From Zygophlyctis sp. KS116 (lineage: Eukaryota > Fungi > Chytridiomycota): a stretch of 9,900 nt of DNA. Under the pieces are notes generated by a model. The model searched no databases, had not been told where the DNA came from, and worked only from the letters and a program-made list of their open reading frames with translations. Shown one piece after another: positions 7,501 to 9,900 of this stretch; positions within the stretch are counted from its first letter, which is position 1; each line of letters opens with the position of its first letter. The translations under genes were made by a program, and so were the position numbers. Where the stretch lies: positions 1 to 9,900 of the forward strand of contig BAAFSQ010000341.1 in the NCBI GenBank assembly GCA_054661495.1, given 5' to 3'.

Positions 7501-9028
7501 TTTTACGAATGCACGCTTAATGCATTGCTCTGGCCCGCTAAGAAGAGATTTCCTAAAAATTATCAGGATCTCACTGTTAAGCCTTTTTAGAGGTTGGGAA
7601 TATGTAACAATCAAAGACAATTCAGTCGAGAAAAAAGATAAAGTTTTTCTTGGTATTCAAGATAGTATAAAAAATTATTCATTCCCATATATAGACTCAG
7701 AATTGGTAGATTTCAAACAATTACGATTTAAAGATGTATTAGACGAAACTCTCAAGTCAAGTTTTGACGAAGATTTACCTTTTGGATCAACAATTCCGGA
7801 TTTTATTGATAAAAATTTAGAGGAAGAGGCATTGCAACTTTACCAATATTTTAGAATGATATGGAATGAAGAACATCCCATTAAAAAGATTGCATATTTA
7901 CTCAATCAATCCGCTCAACAAACTATTTTGAAATCTATTCCAAGCTCGTATATCCGTCAAGTTTCAAAATCCATAAACGGTTATAGTATCTCCGATTTAG
8001 AAATGACTGTAAATTTGCAGATTAATTTTCGAAATCTTTCCTCTATTCATCTATTCGATACTATTTATGCAACCAATCTACATACAACGCATTGGTGGAA
8101 TGCTTCACTACACAACCATTTTTATAGGTATTTTATGAAAATGTTCAAGACCAGAAATACGCCAAAGGTTGCAGATTCATTGGATCTAGAGCTGCAGATA
8201 CTTATATGCGACTGGGAATTTTTTCCCTACATACAAAGTGATCGAATATGGGGCAATTGTGATGCTGAAAAAAATATTCTGAAGGCTTTTGTTGTAGAGG
8301 ATCTTCAGAATACAAAAATAGAACTCGTAAACTCTCAAAAAAAAAAACCACGCGCATTGGATTCTAAAAATATTGCTGAAAGTCTATTTAAATTGTTTTT
8401 ATTAGATATCTGGTCAGATGTAGATCAATCAGTCATGGAATATAGTCGAATTCTTCCCGAGAAAACAAAACTTTCGAGAAATCCTAATTTAACTTTATCA
8501 GATTTAATGGAATCATTTGAACTACAGTTTTTAAAGAAAATTGCTTTTCCGGGTGCGTACGTGAAGGTTACTAAGAAATCCAAAACCTGGAGTCAACGAT
8601 TTGACCATTTTTTTCCTTATCCTGTGGCTAACGAGTGGGATAAATCTCTAATAGGAAAGAAAAAATATGCCCTTAGATGGAGGGAGATAATCGCAGCACA
8701 TGAACAAAAGATTATAGTTAAAGTCATTCCCGAACTTTTCTCTCTTTTTCAAAAGCTAGAATGGTTTCCAAATCATCAAGGATTTCAGTCTTTTTGGAGA
8801 AAAAACAGAACAAGCATACATGACTATGATTTAATAAGGAAAAAAGATTTTGGAAAACAAGTACCGCTTATGGAGGAGAAACAATTACCAGTCATAGATG
8901 ATAGAGTTGTTGAAAAAAGAGCTTACACATCTCCAGTTGCTTATGAAACGATGAATGCTGGAGAATCTCATTCTGACAAAAACCTTAATAAATGGAAAAG
9001 TACCTTATATCCGCCAGAAAAAATGTAA
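4554..9028 (+). CDS. Large spliced gene (~1,450 aa): two N-terminal zinc fingers, Ser-rich linker, acidic patch, uncharacterised core, duplicated Trp-rich C-terminal module; one unresolved frame break (~6450-6493)
   Basis: Exons 4554-5466, 5492-6055, 6080-6196, 6225-7104 (with a +1 frame change or a weak 34-nt intron 6446-6479), 7134-9028; possible extra exon 9054-9180. Fingers: CSNC-x12-HYRVSH and CKKC-x12-HLKKTQC. Confidence 0.7.
5467..5491 (+). other. Spliceosomal intron, 25 nt
   Basis: GTAATT...CTTAAC.TTTAG. Its length (3n+1) converts the frame of ORF 4554 into that of ORF 5443 (KKTNKSDLE). Confidence 0.82.
6056..6079 (+). other. Spliceosomal intron, 24 nt
   Basis: GTAAAT...ACTTTAG. Contains the stop of ORF 5443, and reading continues through an acidic exon (ICAYANDVIHSEDE..DDEN). 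Confidence 0.82.
6197..6224 (+). other. Spliceosomal intron, 28 nt
   Basis: Consensus donor GTAAGT...CAGCTAG. Gives ENDISEVLKEMK, in frame with ORF 6239. Confidence 0.88.
7105..7133 (+). other. Spliceosomal intron, 29 nt
   Basis: GTATTT...ATGTAAG. Joins NDLL-G to MVIKNP (ORF 7136) in frame. Confidence 0.8.
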
Positions 9029-9177
9029 TTTATTTAGTTCGATTTATAACAAGAATTTTCAAATACCCTGTGGAGAGTGGAACCTTTGATCACCAAATAT
9101 ATGCTCAAAGCGCTTTATATAAGTGGTTCTGGGCCTGGACAGGTTGGTACCAACATGTTAGATATATTCTACAGCTA

Positions 9178-9270
9178 TGAAATTTGGCATACATGTTGAT
9201 CATATTGAAGAGAACTTTAGTACCAAATTTCAGGTCAATCGCGTAAAAACTCCCCGAGATAACAGCCTTG
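9178..9270. mobile_element. Helentron/HINE (DINE-1)-like inverted-repeat motif preceding the minisatellite
   Basis: TGAAATTTGGCA (9178-9189) and TACCAAATTTCA (9221-9232) form an 11/12 inverted match, followed by GGTCAATCG..CCGAGATA and then GGAC/AGAC-containing tandem repeats. The family assignment is from recalled resemblance only. Confidence 0.35.
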
Positions 9271-9840
9271 AAGCAAAATCCGGACGCAGACCCTAGTTTT
9301 CCGGACGCAGACCCTACATTTCCGGACGCAAGCCCTAGTTTTCCGGACGCAGACCCTAGTTTTCCGGACGCAAGCCCTACATTTCCGGACGCAGGCCCTA
9401 GTTTTCCGGACGCGCAGGCCCTAGTTTTCCGGACGCAAGCCCTACATTTCCGGACGCAGGCCCTAGTTTTCCGGACGCAAGCCCTAGTTTTCCGGACGCA
9501 GACCCTAAGCAAAATCCGGACGCAGGCCCTAGTTTTCCGGACGCAAGCCCTACATTTCCGGACGCAGGCCCTAGTTTTCCGGACGCAAGCCCTACATTTC
9601 CGGACGCAAGACCTAAGAAATCCGGATGCAAGACCTAGTAATCCGGATGCAAGACCTACATTTCCGGACGCAGACCCTACTTAAACTTCAAAATATAAGT
9701 ATTTTTTTGATTTGTCCAACTTTAAATTCAACTAGACCCTACATTTCCGGACGCAAGACCTAGTAATCCGGATGCAAGACCTACATTTCCGGACGCAAGA
9801 CCTACATTTCCGGACGCAAGACCTAAGAATCCGGACGCAA
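9271..9840. repeat. GC-rich 21-bp minisatellite, ~24 units, interrupted at 9681-9733
   Basis: Unit CCGGACGCA(GA/AG/GG)CCCTA(GTTTT/CATTT), with later variants CCGGA(C/T)GCAAGACCTA. About 19 units at 9280-9680 and about 5 at 9734-9840. Confidence 0.97.
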
Positions 9841-9853
9841 GGTTAGGGTTAGG
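9841..9853 (+). repeat. Short telomere-like tract GGTTAGGGTTAGG
   Basis: About two TTAGGG units directly abutting the last minisatellite unit. Confidence 0.55.
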
Positions 9854-9900
9854 AATTAAGATTTTATTAATTTTTCTTTTTTTAACCAGGTCTTATATTT

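Noticed and set aside
7399-7590. 63-aa alternative-frame ORF
   Set aside because: Nested in the 630-aa ORF, non-ATG start, no motif.
8992-9180. Independent 62-aa gene
   Set aside because: Overlaps the end of gene 3. At most a terminal exon via a possible 29-nt intron 9025-9053, and it runs into the inverted-repeat region, so it is unresolved.
9105-9684. ORFs 9105-9512 (-), 9268-9684 (+) and 9398-9631 (-) encoding 7-aa repeats
   Set aside because: Artefacts of a stop-poor 21-bp minisatellite; the peptide repeat changes frame at the 23- and 22-nt units.
9271-9840. CRISPR array
   Set aside because: Units are head-to-tail with no unique spacers, no cas genes are present, and the context is eukaryotic.

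Overview
AT-rich eukaryotic genomic DNA that uses the standard genetic code and has unusually short GT-AG introns (24-30 nt). These introns join the fragmented ORF track into three co-oriented + strand genes. (1) 1297-~3763: a ~790-aa protein with six Kelch repeats, two FN3-like domains and a Set9/Suv4-20-type (H4K20) SET domain, i.e. an HCF-like scaffold fused to a histone methyltransferase. (2) 3973-4368: a small RRM-like protein. (3) 4554-9028: a ~1,450-aa protein with two N-terminal zinc fingers, an uncharacterised conserved-looking core and a duplicated Trp-rich C-terminal module; one frame break near 6450-6493 is unresolved. On the left are ~141-bp tandem repeats with a 38-bp fold-back, split by a phased array of GNAA-loop hairpins that recurs upstream of gene 3. 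On the right are a Helentron/HINE-like inverted-repeat motif and a GC-rich 21-bp minisatellite ending in GGTTAGGGTTAGG. The layout suggests, but does not prove, a repeat-bounded mobile or subtelomeric cassette carrying its own chromatin writer. An early-diverging fungal (Rozella-like) host is an inference from intron size.
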